A DNA stretch of 64,000 nt, from positions 88,808-152,807 of the forward strand of contig NZ_JAAAKV010000003.1 of assembly GCF_009905725.1 (NCBI RefSeq), in the 5' to 3' direction. This document shows, in pieces, positions 48,226 to 58,306 of the stretch. The first letter of the stretch is position 1; each line of letters starts with the position of its first letter. This DNA is from Emticicia sp. CRIBPO. GTDB lineage: Bacteria > Bacteroidota > Bacteroidia > Cytophagales > Spirosomataceae. Position numbers and translations under genes: made by a program. Under the pieces are notes generated by a model that was not told where the DNA came from, ran no database searches, and saw only the letters and a program-made list of their open reading frames with translations.

Positions 48226-48861
48226 GTGATGGCTGTTTGGTTGATGGCAACTAGCCATTAGGTGTTAGCCGTTAGCATATAGATTTAAGGAGCGTGGATG
48301 GATCGACAGATCCACCCATGCTCTTTTTTCGATTAATCGAAAACAAACGGGCTTTCAGGCCCACGCCCTCTCACTTTTTGCCCCGTGCCTTCAGAACTTG
48401 CCCCGTAAAACGGGGCCGGGACTTGATGGCAACAATTTTCACAATCCATGCAAAAATCAAAGCTAATAGCTAAAGGCTAACAGCTAAACAGCCGATAACC
48501 CAACGCTCTTTTCCCCATGGAACAATTTTTTTATTACCTCTTCAAACAGTATCTTTATCAAAACAATTAAATCTTCAGCTATGAACAATCTATTCAGAGG
48601 TCTAATCGCAGGTTACGGAGCTAAAAAACTGGGTGGCGGATGTTTCGGTACCGTCATCGTCTTTATTATTATATGGGTAATTCTGGGGCAGTGCACTTAA
48701 ATGCCGAGAAAGGACAAAAGGAGAAGGGAAAAAGAAAGCTTCCTGTCGTCCGACGGCCTGAGAAAATACATCGGAAAGTAATTTAAATAGAGGATAGGAA
48801 ATTTTTGTTTGTGATAAATAAAAATTTCCTATTTTTACATTGTAAAATTAATTTCCATATC

Positions 48862-49596
48862 ATGATACAAGTCATTAACCGGGCACTGGACATCCTCGAG
48901 TACATTGCCGTTGACCCCGAAAGACCTAAAACACTCAGTGAAATTGCCGACAAACTGGAGCTCAACCACGGCACCTGTGCGAACATTCTGAAAACCCTCG
49001 TGGGCAGACAGTATGTGGAACAGGTGGGCACCAAGAAAGGTTATCTGCTCAGTATAAAATCTTACGCCCTTACTGAAAACGAAAACTACCGGAAGCACCT
49101 CATCGACGCCTCCAAACCTGTGATGGATGATCTGACCGAACGGCTGAATGAGAACTTCCTGCTGGCGGTGATCAACGGAAATCTCCGTGTCGCCATTTAC
49201 CGGACTTTCGCCGACCAGGACCTCCAGGTACGGACCGCCGTTGAGAAAAATATCTATGATTCTGCTTCAGGAAGGCTGATTGTAGCCATGTTCTCTGAAA
49301 ATGAACTGGAGCGGTATACCGAAAAATACGGCCTGCCTTCCACCGATATCTGGCCAGAAGCCGATACCCATGAGAAGTTCAGGTCGCTGGTAGAGGTCAT
49401 CAAAAAACAGGGCTATGCCATCCAGACCAGTGTGAGAAAACAGGTCGTGGGTATTGCCGTGCCGGTCTATAAAGACGCCAAGGTAATTGCCAGCCTCAGT
49501 ATATACATGCCCGAGTACCGCTTCATGAATGCCGATAAAACCGACATCATCAAACAGCTGGTAAAAGGAGCATCAGACATTTCAAAACGTATCTGA
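48862..49596 (+). CDS. IclR-family transcriptional regulator
   Basis: N-terminal HTH (VINRALDILEYIAVDPERPKTLSEIADKLELNHGTCANIL) and a C-terminal effector domain. Confidence 0.8.
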   Translation: MIQVINRALDILEYIAVDPERPKTLSEIADKLELNHGTCANILKTLVGRQYVEQVGTKKGYLLSIKSYALTENENYRKHLIDASKPVMDDLTERLNENFLLAVINGNLRVAIYRTFADQDLQVRTAVEKNIYDSASGRLIVAMFSENELERYTEKYGLPSTDIWPEADTHEKFRSLVEVIKKQGYAIQTSVRKQVVGIAVPVYKDAKVIASLSIYMPEYRFMNADKTDIIKQLVKGASDISKRI

Positions 49597-49620
49597 TATA
49601 CTATAATAAAGAAACTTTGT

Positions 49621-49656
49621 GCACCGGTAGACTCGTCTGCCGGTGCATTTTTTTTC
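49621..49656 (+). terminator. Rho-independent terminator
   Basis: gcaccgg-N12-ccggtgc followed by T9. Confidence 0.6.
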
Positions 49657-49762
49657 TATGATTATTTTAAGATAAAATTTGTTTATTAATCAATTAGCAT
49701 TTATAATTGTATCATAATAAAATCTAATTTTATATTATAAAATTCAATCTTAAATTAAAAGT

Positions 49763-52753
49763 ATGAAATGTAAAAATTACTCAAGCATGTTACTGGTTTT
49801 GCTGCTGGCTCTTTGTCAGCAACTGCAGGCCCAGGAACGGAAAGTCACCGGAAGTGTCAGAGACACGGAAGGAGGAGGGCTTCCGGGCGTGAATGTGACC
49901 ATCAAGGGTTCTCTTAAAGGTGCTGTAACCAATGTGAACGGAGGTTACGAGCTTTCAGTAGCTGATCAGGCTGCGGTGCTGGTCTTCAGTTTTGTAGGAT
50001 TTAATACACAGGAAGTGGTGGTAGGCACCCAATCTGTGATCGATGTGGTTTTGTCAAGCGATGCCAAATCGCTGGATGAGGTCGTGGTGGTAGGGTATGG
50101 CACCGTTAAAAAAAGTGACCTGACCGGCTCCCTGTCTTCTGTCAAAGGAAAAGAAATCAATGCGTTTCCGGCCACCAATGTGCTGCAGGCCCTTTCGGGC
50201 AGGGCTCCGGGCGTGCAGGTGACCCAGAATACCGGGGCTCCGGGTGCCAGCATCAGTGTGAGGATCAGAGGGACGAACTCAGTGCAGGGCAGTAATGAGC
50301 CATTGTATGTGGTAGACGGTTTCCCGACTTCGGGCAGTAACCCGACGATCATCAACAATTCGGATATTGAATCGATAGAAATATTGAAGGATGCTTCTGC
50401 TACGGCCATTTACGGCTCACGTGGGGCCAACGGCGTGGTGTTGATCACCACCAAACAAGGCAAAGCCGGTAAAATCATGGTAGATTATGAAGGCAGCTAT
50501 AGCATGCAGTCGCTCCGCAAAAAAATGGACCTGATGAATGCTACAGAATACGCTAATTTTTATAACGAGCAGGCGGCCAATGATAAGAAGGCCCCGTATT
50601 TTACACAGGATCAGATCAATAGCTTCGGTAATGGTTTTGACTGGCAGGACCTGGTATTCAAAAAAGCACCGATGCATACCCATAACCTGACCGTCAGCGG
50701 TGGAAATGACAAGACGAAATTTTCACTGGGCGGCAGTATTTTCGACCAGCAGGGCATCATCCACGGCAGCGATTACAGAAGATATTCACTCCGTGCCAAC
50801 GTGATGACGGATGTGAGCAAGAAGTTCAGTGTGAATTACAGTGCGACACTGACCAATATCAAAACCGCCCGCCAGAACAGCAGCGGAAGCAACAGGGGGA
50901 ACTCACTGATTGCCGCGGCCATTTCTGCTCCTCCGACTTTGACACCGTATAATGCCGACGGCAGCTACAGGGTATTGGCAACAGCCTATCCTTTTATCTC
51001 CAATGTACTGATCAACCCGCTGAATTTTATCAATGAAAGTTCAGATAAAGTGGACGCCAACAGGGTTCTGGCAAACCTGGCCCTGATCTACAGGCCGTTT
51101 GAAGGACTGACCATCAAAATAGCCGGGGGTATTGAAAACAGTGACGACCGCAATGATGGCTATACTACGACTAATTTTATCAATTCACAGGGTTCGGCCT
51201 TTGTTTCGGCGTCTCAGGGCAGAAGTATGCTGAGTGAGAACACGATCAGTTATACCAAAACACTGGCAGCTAAACACAACATTTCGGCCGTGGCCGGGAT
51301 GACTTACCAGGATTTCAAGAATACATCACTGGGAGGTTCGGGCGTTGGTTTTCTGAGCAATATTCCTGAGTCTTATAACCTTGGTTCCGCCATTACACCG
51401 GGCATTCCGAGTTCCGGTTATTCATTGAGTACGCTTTTGTCTTACCTGGGCAGGGTCAACTACAGTTATGACAGTAAATACCTGGCCACCGTGAGTTTCA
51501 GGGCAGACGGCTCTTCGAAATACAGTGAAGGCAATAAATGGGGTTATTTCCCGTCGGGAGCTTTGGCCTGGAGGGTTTCGGAAGAAGATTTCCTGAAAGA
51601 TGTGTCCTATATCTCTGATGTAAAAGTGAGAGCCAGCTGGGGACTTACCGGCAGCCAGGCCATCGGGGCTTACGCGACATTGAACAACCTTTCATCTGGT
51701 AAAACGGTTTTTGATGATGCCCTTTACAACACCTTTGCTCCGGGTACACGTTTGCCGGGCAACCTGAAATGGGAAACCACCGAGCAGGCTGACTTCGGTA
51801 TCGACGCGGGATTCAGCAACAACCGTTACAGGTTATCATTGGATTATTATATCAAAAACACGCGTGATTTGCTGAATACTGTCGAATTACCTTCCAGTTT
51901 CGGATTTACCAGCACGGTACAGAATGTCGGACAGATACAGAACAAAGGTTTTGAGATTTCAGCCGATGCCCGCATCATAGAAAAGCCGTTTAAGTGGGAT
52001 TTGGGGGCAAACATTTCATTTAACAGGAACAAAGTCGTCAAACTGTATGGTGGTAAGGATATTTTAGGCGGAAGTCTGGCCGTAACACTGATCAATGACG
52101 CCACCAGTTTATTGAGAGAAGGCGAACCGATGAGCGTGTTTTACGGGTACAAAGCCAAAGGATACAACGAAGCAGGCAGGGAAGTATATGAAGACCTGAA
52201 CGGCGACGGGGCGATCAATCAACTGGATAAAACCATCATCGGTAATCCGAACCCTGACTTTATCTTCGGTGTAAACTCGGCAATGTCATACAAAGGTTTT
52301 GAGCTGACCCTGTTTTTACAAGGCACTCAGGGAAATGACCTGCTGAACATCAGTTCGGTGAGCAATACCCTGGATTACGGTTACGGATTGAATATGCCGA
52401 GGGCGGTGATGAACGACCACTGGACCACTTCAAACCCGAATGCCAAATACCCGGTGATTTCCGCAACCAACTCTTATAATTATTCCAGCCGCCTGATTGA
52501 AGACGGGTCGTTTGTCCGCCTTCGTAATATTCAGCTGGCCTATAATCTGCCTTTGCAAGCCATGAAAGTCAACTGGATGCGTTCGGCACAGGTGTACGTG
52601 AGTGGTCAGAACCTGCTGACTTTTACGAAATATTCATGGTGGGACCCCGAGGTGAATTCACAGGGCGGTGCCAACTCTATCGGACAGGGCATTGACCACT
52701 TCAGTTATCCGACTTCGAAGTCTGTTACTGCCGGTTTAAGACTTGGTTTCTGA
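49763..52753 (+). CDS. SusC/RagA-family TonB-dependent outer membrane transporter
   Basis: Signal peptide, carboxypeptidase-regulatory-like N-domain, TonB box/plug (EVVVVGYGTVKKSDLTGS), and a C-terminal beta-barrel ending LGF. Confidence 0.9.
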   Translation: MKCKNYSSMLLVLLLALCQQLQAQERKVTGSVRDTEGGGLPGVNVTIKGSLKGAVTNVNGGYELSVADQAAVLVFSFVGFNTQEVVVGTQSVIDVVLSSDAKSLDEVVVVGYGTVKKSDLTGSLSSVKGKEINAFPATNVLQALSGRAPGVQVTQNTGAPGASISVRIRGTNSVQGSNEPLYVVDGFPTSGSNPTIINNSDIESIEILKDASATAIYGSRGANGVVLITTKQGKAGKIMVDYEGSYSMQSLRKKMDLMNATEYANFYNEQAANDKKAPYFTQDQINSFGNGFDWQDLVFKKAPMHTHNLTVSGGNDKTKFSLGGSIFDQQGIIHGSDYRRYSLRANVMTDVSKKFSVNYSATLTNIKTARQNSSGSNRGNSLIAAAISAPPTLTPYNADGSYRVLATAYPFISNVLINPLNFINESSDKVDANRVLANLALIYRPFEGLTIKIAGGIENSDDRNDGYTTTNFINSQGSAFVSASQGRSMLSENTISYTKTLAAKHNISAVAGMTYQDFKNTSLGGSGVGFLSNIPESYNLGSAITPGIPSSGYSLSTLLSYLGRVNYSYDSKYLATVSFRADGSSKYSEGNKWGYFPSGALAWRVSEEDFLKDVSYISDVKVRASWGLTGSQAIGAYATLNNLSSGKTVFDDALYNTFAPGTRLPGNLKWETTEQADFGIDAGFSNNRYRLSLDYYIKNTRDLLNTVELPSSFGFTSTVQNVGQIQNKGFEISADARIIEKPFKWDLGANISFNRNKVVKLYGGKDILGGSLAVTLINDATSLLREGEPMSVFYGYKAKGYNEAGREVYEDLNGDGAINQLDKTIIGNPNPDFIFGVNSAMSYKGFELTLFLQGTQGNDLLNISSVSNTLDYGYGLNMPRAVMNDHWTTSNPNAKYPVISATNSYNYSSRLIEDGSFVRLRNIQLAYNLPLQAMKVNWMRSAQVYVSGQNLLTFTKYSWWDPEVNSQGGANSIGQGIDHFSYPTSKSVTAGLRLGF

Positions 52754-52781
52754 TCACAATAAAAAATTAAACGACATTGAA

Positions 52782-54239
52782 ATGAAGAAGATATTTTTTT
52801 TACTCCCGGTTTTATTCCTGACTGGCTGCGAAGACATCCTGAAGGAAGCCCCGAAAGCGGTGGCGGTAGAAACCTTTTATAATACGGCCGGTGAGGTAGA
52901 GACCGCCGTGAACGCCGTTTACGCTCCGCTGCGAAACTCTGCCAGCGGACTCGGCGGGGAATATGCTGCCCAGCTGGAGGCGTATACAGATTACAGCTAT
53001 GGCCGTCCGGGCAGCAGTTATGCTATCCTGTCCGATTTTCAGGGCCTGAACAGTACCAACATTACCAGGGTATCCGGTATGTGGACGCAGTTATACCTCA
53101 GCATCAGGAACGCCAACCTGGTGATTCAGAAAGCCCCTGCAGGAACGAAAATCTCGAAGGCCGATGTGGATAAGTATGTGGCAGAAGCAAAGTTTCTGCG
53201 TGCTTTGGCTTATTTTCATCTGGTGAGAAACTGGGGAGCCGTTCCGCTCAGAACAGAAGCCAATCTGAATGAACCGAATATCAAAAGAACGGCAGAAGCT
53301 CAGATCTTTGACCAGATTATCGCGGATCTTAAAGTAGCTGAAGAAGGCCTTTTGGATAAGCCCGCACAATCGGGTCGTCCGTCGAAATGGGCTGCTAAGA
53401 CGCTACTGGCAGATGTGTATTTTTATCAGAATAAATACGCCGAAGCGGCTTCCAAAGCTGATGAAGTGATCAAATCCGGCAAGTTTTCGTTGGTTCCGGT
53501 GACCGTTGCCAATGATTTTGAAAAGGTTTTCGGGCCGACGGTGATCAGTTCTTCTGAAGAAATTTTTTACCTGAAGTTTACAAGACTGGCGGGTCAGGGC
53601 ATGTATTTCGCGATGTTTGCCCATCATCCGGGTTCAAAACTGCATGGTGCGGGTGGTTTCTACGGACATTCATCTGATTCGAAAGGAAATTCGGTAATAG
53701 CCGCCTGGGACGAAAAAGACCTGAGAAAAAGCTATAACTGGTATTCCTGGAACATCGGTCTGGGTGATTTCAGTTTGCTGAACAAGAAATTCTCGGATCC
53801 GCTGGCTCCCGGTCAGGACGCTGCAGGAAACGACCTGCCTTTGTATCGCTACGCCGACGTGCTGCTGTTGTTTGCGGAAGCATCCAACAGGGCTGGTAAC
53901 GGACCGACCGCCGCAGGCCTCGACGCCCTGAACCAGGTGCATCGCAGGGCTTATGGCAAATCTGCCACGGCCGTTTCTGAAGTTGATTTTAAACTTTCGG
54001 ATTTTAATACGAATACTTTTAATGATCTCGTATTGAAAGAAAGAGGTTATGAAACCCAGTATGAGGCCAAAAGATGGCTGGACCTGAAAAGGCTGGGCAA
54101 AGAAAAAGTAAAACAGATCATCAAAAATGCAGTGGGAAAAGACGTGGCTGACAAGCACTTTTTGTGGCCGATACCAGTGGGAGAGTTGAATTATAATACC
54201 GCTCTTGATCCGAAAGCAGATCAGAATCCGGGTTATTGA
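52782..54239 (+). CDS. SusD/RagB-family nutrient-binding outer membrane lipoprotein
   Basis: Lipobox (LFLTGCED) and SusD-like TPR helices. Lies immediately downstream of the SusC gene. Confidence 0.85.
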   Translation: MKKIFFLLPVLFLTGCEDILKEAPKAVAVETFYNTAGEVETAVNAVYAPLRNSASGLGGEYAAQLEAYTDYSYGRPGSSYAILSDFQGLNSTNITRVSGMWTQLYLSIRNANLVIQKAPAGTKISKADVDKYVAEAKFLRALAYFHLVRNWGAVPLRTEANLNEPNIKRTAEAQIFDQIIADLKVAEEGLLDKPAQSGRPSKWAAKTLLADVYFYQNKYAEAASKADEVIKSGKFSLVPVTVANDFEKVFGPTVISSSEEIFYLKFTRLAGQGMYFAMFAHHPGSKLHGAGGFYGHSSDSKGNSVIAAWDEKDLRKSYNWYSWNIGLGDFSLLNKKFSDPLAPGQDAAGNDLPLYRYADVLLLFAEASNRAGNGPTAAGLDALNQVHRRAYGKSATAVSEVDFKLSDFNTNTFNDLVLKERGYETQYEAKRWLDLKRLGKEKVKQIIKNAVGKDVADKHFLWPIPVGELNYNTALDPKADQNPGY

Positions 54240-54307
54240 TTGGTTAAATGAGAAAGTAGAATGGGCGGCCGGGTACAGGTCCGGCTGCCTTATTTTGAAA
54301 AATTAAA

Positions 54308-55759
54308 ATGAAAACAATGAAGAATTTTAACAAGAGAAAATGGCTGCTGATAGCCGGCCTGCTGCTGGGACTGATCAGGCCTGGTATTGCCCAATCCAAT
54401 GTTTTTGTTAAAGTAAGTGCAGAAAATCCACGCTACCTGGAGTTAAGTGACGGAAAAGCGTACATCCCGGTGGGGATCAACATCTGCTGGCCGAGGTTTG
54501 TCAGCAGTGAAGATTCCGTTATTATGAAAATGGAACATTACCTCACAAAACTGGGTGAAAACGGTGGCAATTTTACCCGTGTTTGGCTGAGTGCCCCTAT
54601 GTTTGAGGTAGAACATAAAAAAGCAGGCGAGTACGATGAGGTCATCGCCCGGAGAATAGACAAAATCCTGGAAATAGCGGGTAAATACAATATCAAAGTT
54701 AAGTTTTGTCTTGAAAACTTCCGGGACCTGACCAACCGTCCGGCGATGTTTGCGGGTTCGGTGCCGTTTGATAAACCCATTTATTATACCGGAAACGGAG
54801 GCCCTTTGTCGACAATGGACGAATATTTTACCTCTCAGAAAGGGAAAGACCTGTTTCTCAAAAGGGTGGATTTTTTCGCGAAAAGATATAAGGACCACCC
54901 CGGTGTTTTTGGCTGGGAGCTTTGGAATGAAATCAATGCCGTCAAAGTATCGGACCGGAAAATCATACTGGACTGGACAAAGGCAATGCTTCCTGAGTTA
55001 AAGAAACGTTTTCCCAATCACCTGGCGATGCAGAGTCTGGGTAGCTTTGATACGGAACAGGCCAAGGGGCTTTATCACGATTATTCTGTGATTCCGGATA
55101 ATGAAATTGCCCAGGTGCACCGCTACCTGGACCAGGGTGGGGCCTTGCCTGTCACCCGCGGGGCTGTGGATGTGCTGGCTTACGACGCTGTGAGCACACT
55201 CCGTGGTTTCGGCGAAATCAAACCCGTCATTCTTTCTGAAGTAGGTGCTGTTGAACCTCATCATGCAGGTCCTTCGCTGCTGTATCCGAAAGACACTGAG
55301 GGGATGATGCTGCATGATTATCTGTTTGCTGCGTTTTTCGCGGGAGCTGCGGGTCCCGGTCAGAGCTGGCATTGGGATTACTACATCGATAAGCACGACT
55401 TATGGTATCACCTGGCCCGTTTCAATAAAGCTATCGAAGGCATTGACCCCGGGAAGGAAGCATTTGAACCTTTCGAAGTCAGGCATGGTGAACTGACTAT
55501 CTATGGATTAAAGGGTAAAAAACACGTTTTGGTCTGGTTTCGCGACAAAGCCAATACCTGGCAATCTGAGTTGAATGAGGGCCTTAAACCTCAGACGATC
55601 AAAGGAAAATCTTTTAAACTGCCGTTTGAAGTTAAGGTGAAAAATGCCTCAGTTTATAACCCATGGGAGGACACCGGGCAGACTTTAAAGTTAAAGAATA
55701 ACCAGGTCAACCTGCCTGAGTTTAAGCGTTCCGGGGTTATTAAATTGACTGTGAAATGA
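54308..55759 (+). CDS. Glycoside hydrolase, GH5-like (cellulase/mannanase superfamily), secreted
   Basis: Signal peptide. A WELWNEIN motif resembling the GH5 catalytic-acid NEP region. TIM-barrel pattern. Confidence 0.5.
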   Translation: MKTMKNFNKRKWLLIAGLLLGLIRPGIAQSNVFVKVSAENPRYLELSDGKAYIPVGINICWPRFVSSEDSVIMKMEHYLTKLGENGGNFTRVWLSAPMFEVEHKKAGEYDEVIARRIDKILEIAGKYNIKVKFCLENFRDLTNRPAMFAGSVPFDKPIYYTGNGGPLSTMDEYFTSQKGKDLFLKRVDFFAKRYKDHPGVFGWELWNEINAVKVSDRKIILDWTKAMLPELKKRFPNHLAMQSLGSFDTEQAKGLYHDYSVIPDNEIAQVHRYLDQGGALPVTRGAVDVLAYDAVSTLRGFGEIKPVILSEVGAVEPHHAGPSLLYPKDTEGMMLHDYLFAAFFAGAAGPGQSWHWDYYIDKHDLWYHLARFNKAIEGIDPGKEAFEPFEVRHGELTIYGLKGKKHVLVWFRDKANTWQSELNEGLKPQTIKGKSFKLPFEVKVKNASVYNPWEDTGQTLKLKNNQVNLPEFKRSGVIKLTVK

Positions 55760-56502
55760 AGATAACTGATTACCCGGACCTGCTGTGTTTCTGGGATTTC
55801 AGAGAAGGCTCTCTGAGGTCTTCAGGGAGATATGCCTATGAACTGAAAGGGGATGGTGTGCAAATTCTGCAAGAAGGGCCGGTTTCCGGATACTCCGTAC
55901 GGCTGGAAGAAGGACAGTATCTTTCTGTTCCGAGGGCAGATTGCCCCGGACTGAATATTCATGGGAAAAAAGCACAAATAACCGTACTGGCCTGGGTTAA
56001 GCGGGACCGTAAAACCATCATTCCCGGCGAGTGCGAAGCCATTGCAGGGATGTGGCTGGAGTCTGAAAAGAAACGCCAGTATTGTCTTTTTCTTAACCTC
56101 TGGATCCACGAAAGCAGCGACCAGGTGGCAGGGCATATTTCAGGTGTGGGCGGACCGACACCCGGTGAAAAATGGTGCATGGACGCTTCCATCGGTCAAA
56201 ACAAGGTACCTCATGAGGATTGGGCCTTCGTTGGGTTCACCTATGACGGATACCAAATCTGCTCGTTCCTGGACGGAAAACCTGATTACAGACCCGGCAG
56301 AAATCCCTATATTTATGAAGAAGGAATATTTGACGCAGGCGAAAACGGTGCTGACTTTACGGTTGGCGGGGTGCATCGCCTCGGCGAAATGGGTAATTTC
56401 TTCTGTGGTCAGATCGGCGGACTGGCGGTTTTTGACCGGGCATTAAGTGAACATGAGATAGCAAATATTAAACAGCTCAGTAATGAAAAGATTGGAGCAT
56501 AA
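55756..56502 (+). CDS. Hypothetical protein, concanavalin A-like/LamG-type jelly-roll domain
   Basis: Beta-rich with FTYDGYQICSFLDGKP, typical of LamG-like lectin folds. Low certainty. Confidence 0.4.
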   Translation: MKITDYPDLLCFWDFREGSLRSSGRYAYELKGDGVQILQEGPVSGYSVRLEEGQYLSVPRADCPGLNIHGKKAQITVLAWVKRDRKTIIPGECEAIAGMWLESEKKRQYCLFLNLWIHESSDQVAGHISGVGGPTPGEKWCMDASIGQNKVPHEDWAFVGFTYDGYQICSFLDGKPDYRPGRNPYIYEEGIFDAGENGADFTVGGVHRLGEMGNFFCGQIGGLAVFDRALSEHEIANIKQLSNEKIGA

Positions 56503-57271
56503 AAAAGCCCTGGTGACGGGAGCTTCCCGGGGAATCGGCCGGGCGATTGCCTTGCAATTGGCTGGAGAAGGGGCCATGGTGGGCATTCACTACCTTGAGA
56601 ACAAGGCCGAAGCTGAAGCCTTGCAGTTGGAAATCGAATCAATGAAAGGGAAAGCCTTTGTATTTCAGGCTGACCTGGGCGACACCACACAGGCCATTCA
56701 GCTTGGTCACCAGGCCTGGGAAACCATGGGAGGCATCGATATCCTGGTGAATAACGCCGGGGTTTCCTATAAAAAACACTTCCTTGATTTTACGGAAGAG
56801 GATGTGGATACCTTTCTGAATATCAATTATAAAGGAGCTTTGTTCCTGACCCAGACCATCAGCCGCTACATGGTGGAATCTCAGACGGAGGGGAGTATCT
56901 ACAGTGTCACTTCCGTCAACGGCCTCCGTCCTGGTGTGGGACAAAGTGCTTACGGAGCCTCAAAAAACGCACTGGATACGCTGATGAAAGGCGTCGCCCT
57001 GGAATTGGCCCCGCATCAGATCAAAGTCAATACAATCGCGGTGGGTGCCATTGAAACCGATATGACGCTGGCGGCCAGGCAAAGCCCGGTGTTTTTAAAG
57101 GAAGTCAACGAAGGCATAGCCATGGGCAGGTTCGGTAAAGCGGAGGAAGTGGCTTCGGTTATTGTCGATCTTGTAGCCTCCGGAAGTTATATGACCGGGG
57201 CAACCATTACGCTGGATGGCGGACTGCTGCTCATGCGGGGATACGACAAGCCGAAACCCTACCAATCCTGA
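56483..57271 (+). CDS. SDR-family oxidoreductase (3-oxoacyl-ACP reductase-like)
   Basis: TGASRGIGRAIA, NNAG and YGASK motifs. Confidence 0.85.
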   Translation: MKRLEHKKALVTGASRGIGRAIALQLAGEGAMVGIHYLENKAEAEALQLEIESMKGKAFVFQADLGDTTQAIQLGHQAWETMGGIDILVNNAGVSYKKHFLDFTEEDVDTFLNINYKGALFLTQTISRYMVESQTEGSIYSVTSVNGLRPGVGQSAYGASKNALDTLMKGVALELAPHQIKVNTIAVGAIETDMTLAARQSPVFLKEVNEGIAMGRFGKAEEVASVIVDLVASGSYMTGATITLDGGLLLMRGYDKPKPYQS

Positions 57272-57321
57272 TCAGAAACATTTATTATTCAACCTATAAT
57301 TCTTTTTTTAAGACCGTTAAG

Positions 57322-58293
57322 ATGAAACTTTCCTTCCTGTTCTTTGGAAATAAACCGGACGAGAAATGGGTGCTGGCCAGGCAGATGGGCATCAGTCATG
57401 CCATTGCCAAGCTGGCACCCGAATTAACGGGCGATTTGCCCCCTTATGACTTTGAAGCCCTGAAACGTTCGAAAGCGATTTTTGCTGAAAACGGATTTGA
57501 CCTCATCGGGATGGAAGGTGACCAGTTTGACATGACCCGGATTAAATTGGGGCTGGATGGACGCGACGAAGACCTTGATAAATACGCTCAGATGCTTGAA
57601 AATATGGGTAAACTGGACATCCGTCTGCTTTGCTACAATTTTATGGCTTCAGGCTGGTTCAGGACCAACACGCACATGGAAGAACGGGGCGGAGCGATGG
57701 TGTCAGGCTTTGATGCCAGGGAAGCTGAAAAGTTGCCGCTGACGGTTCACGGAGAAATTCCTGCAGAAAAGATCTGGGAGAATTACGCTTATTTCCTGAA
57801 AAAAGTATTGCCTGCGGCAGAAAAAGCGGGTGTTAAGCTGGCCATGCACCCTGATGACCCACCGGTACCTACCCTGAGGGGTATAGGCCGGATTTTTATC
57901 AGTGCAGAAGCCGCAAGAAAAGCCCTGAGCCTGGCAGACAGTCTATCGCACGGCCTGACCTTTTGCCAGGGAACCTACACCACCATGGGCGAGGATGTCA
58001 GAAGCCTGATCCATGAATTCGGGAAGGCGGGTAAGCTGTTTTTTGTCCATATCCGTGATGTGGAAGGTGGTCCGGAGCAATTCAGGGAGACTTTTCATGA
58101 CAACGGCCCTACGGACATGGTAGACATGTTCAGGGCTTACCAGGAGGTGGGTTTTGACGGACCGCTGCGGTCAGACCATGTGCCGACCATGGCCGGAGAA
58201 TCAAACCAGCAGCACGGCTACGAAATGAAAGGGAATCTTTTTGGGATAGGATATATGAAAGGCATCATGGATGCATTGAAAATCAACCATTAA
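57322..58293 (+). CDS. Mannonate dehydratase (UxuA)-like xylose-isomerase-fold protein
   Basis: The LCYNFMASGWFRTNT segment resembles the UxuA VCYNFMPVLDWTRT region. Confidence 0.55.
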   Translation: MKLSFLFFGNKPDEKWVLARQMGISHAIAKLAPELTGDLPPYDFEALKRSKAIFAENGFDLIGMEGDQFDMTRIKLGLDGRDEDLDKYAQMLENMGKLDIRLLCYNFMASGWFRTNTHMEERGGAMVSGFDAREAEKLPLTVHGEIPAEKIWENYAYFLKKVLPAAEKAGVKLAMHPDDPPVPTLRGIGRIFISAEAARKALSLADSLSHGLTFCQGTYTTMGEDVRSLIHEFGKAGKLFFVHIRDVEGGPEQFRETFHDNGPTDMVDMFRAYQEVGFDGPLRSDHVPTMAGESNQQHGYEMKGNLFGIGYMKGIMDALKINH

Positions 58294-58306
58294 AATTATT
58301 GAAAAC

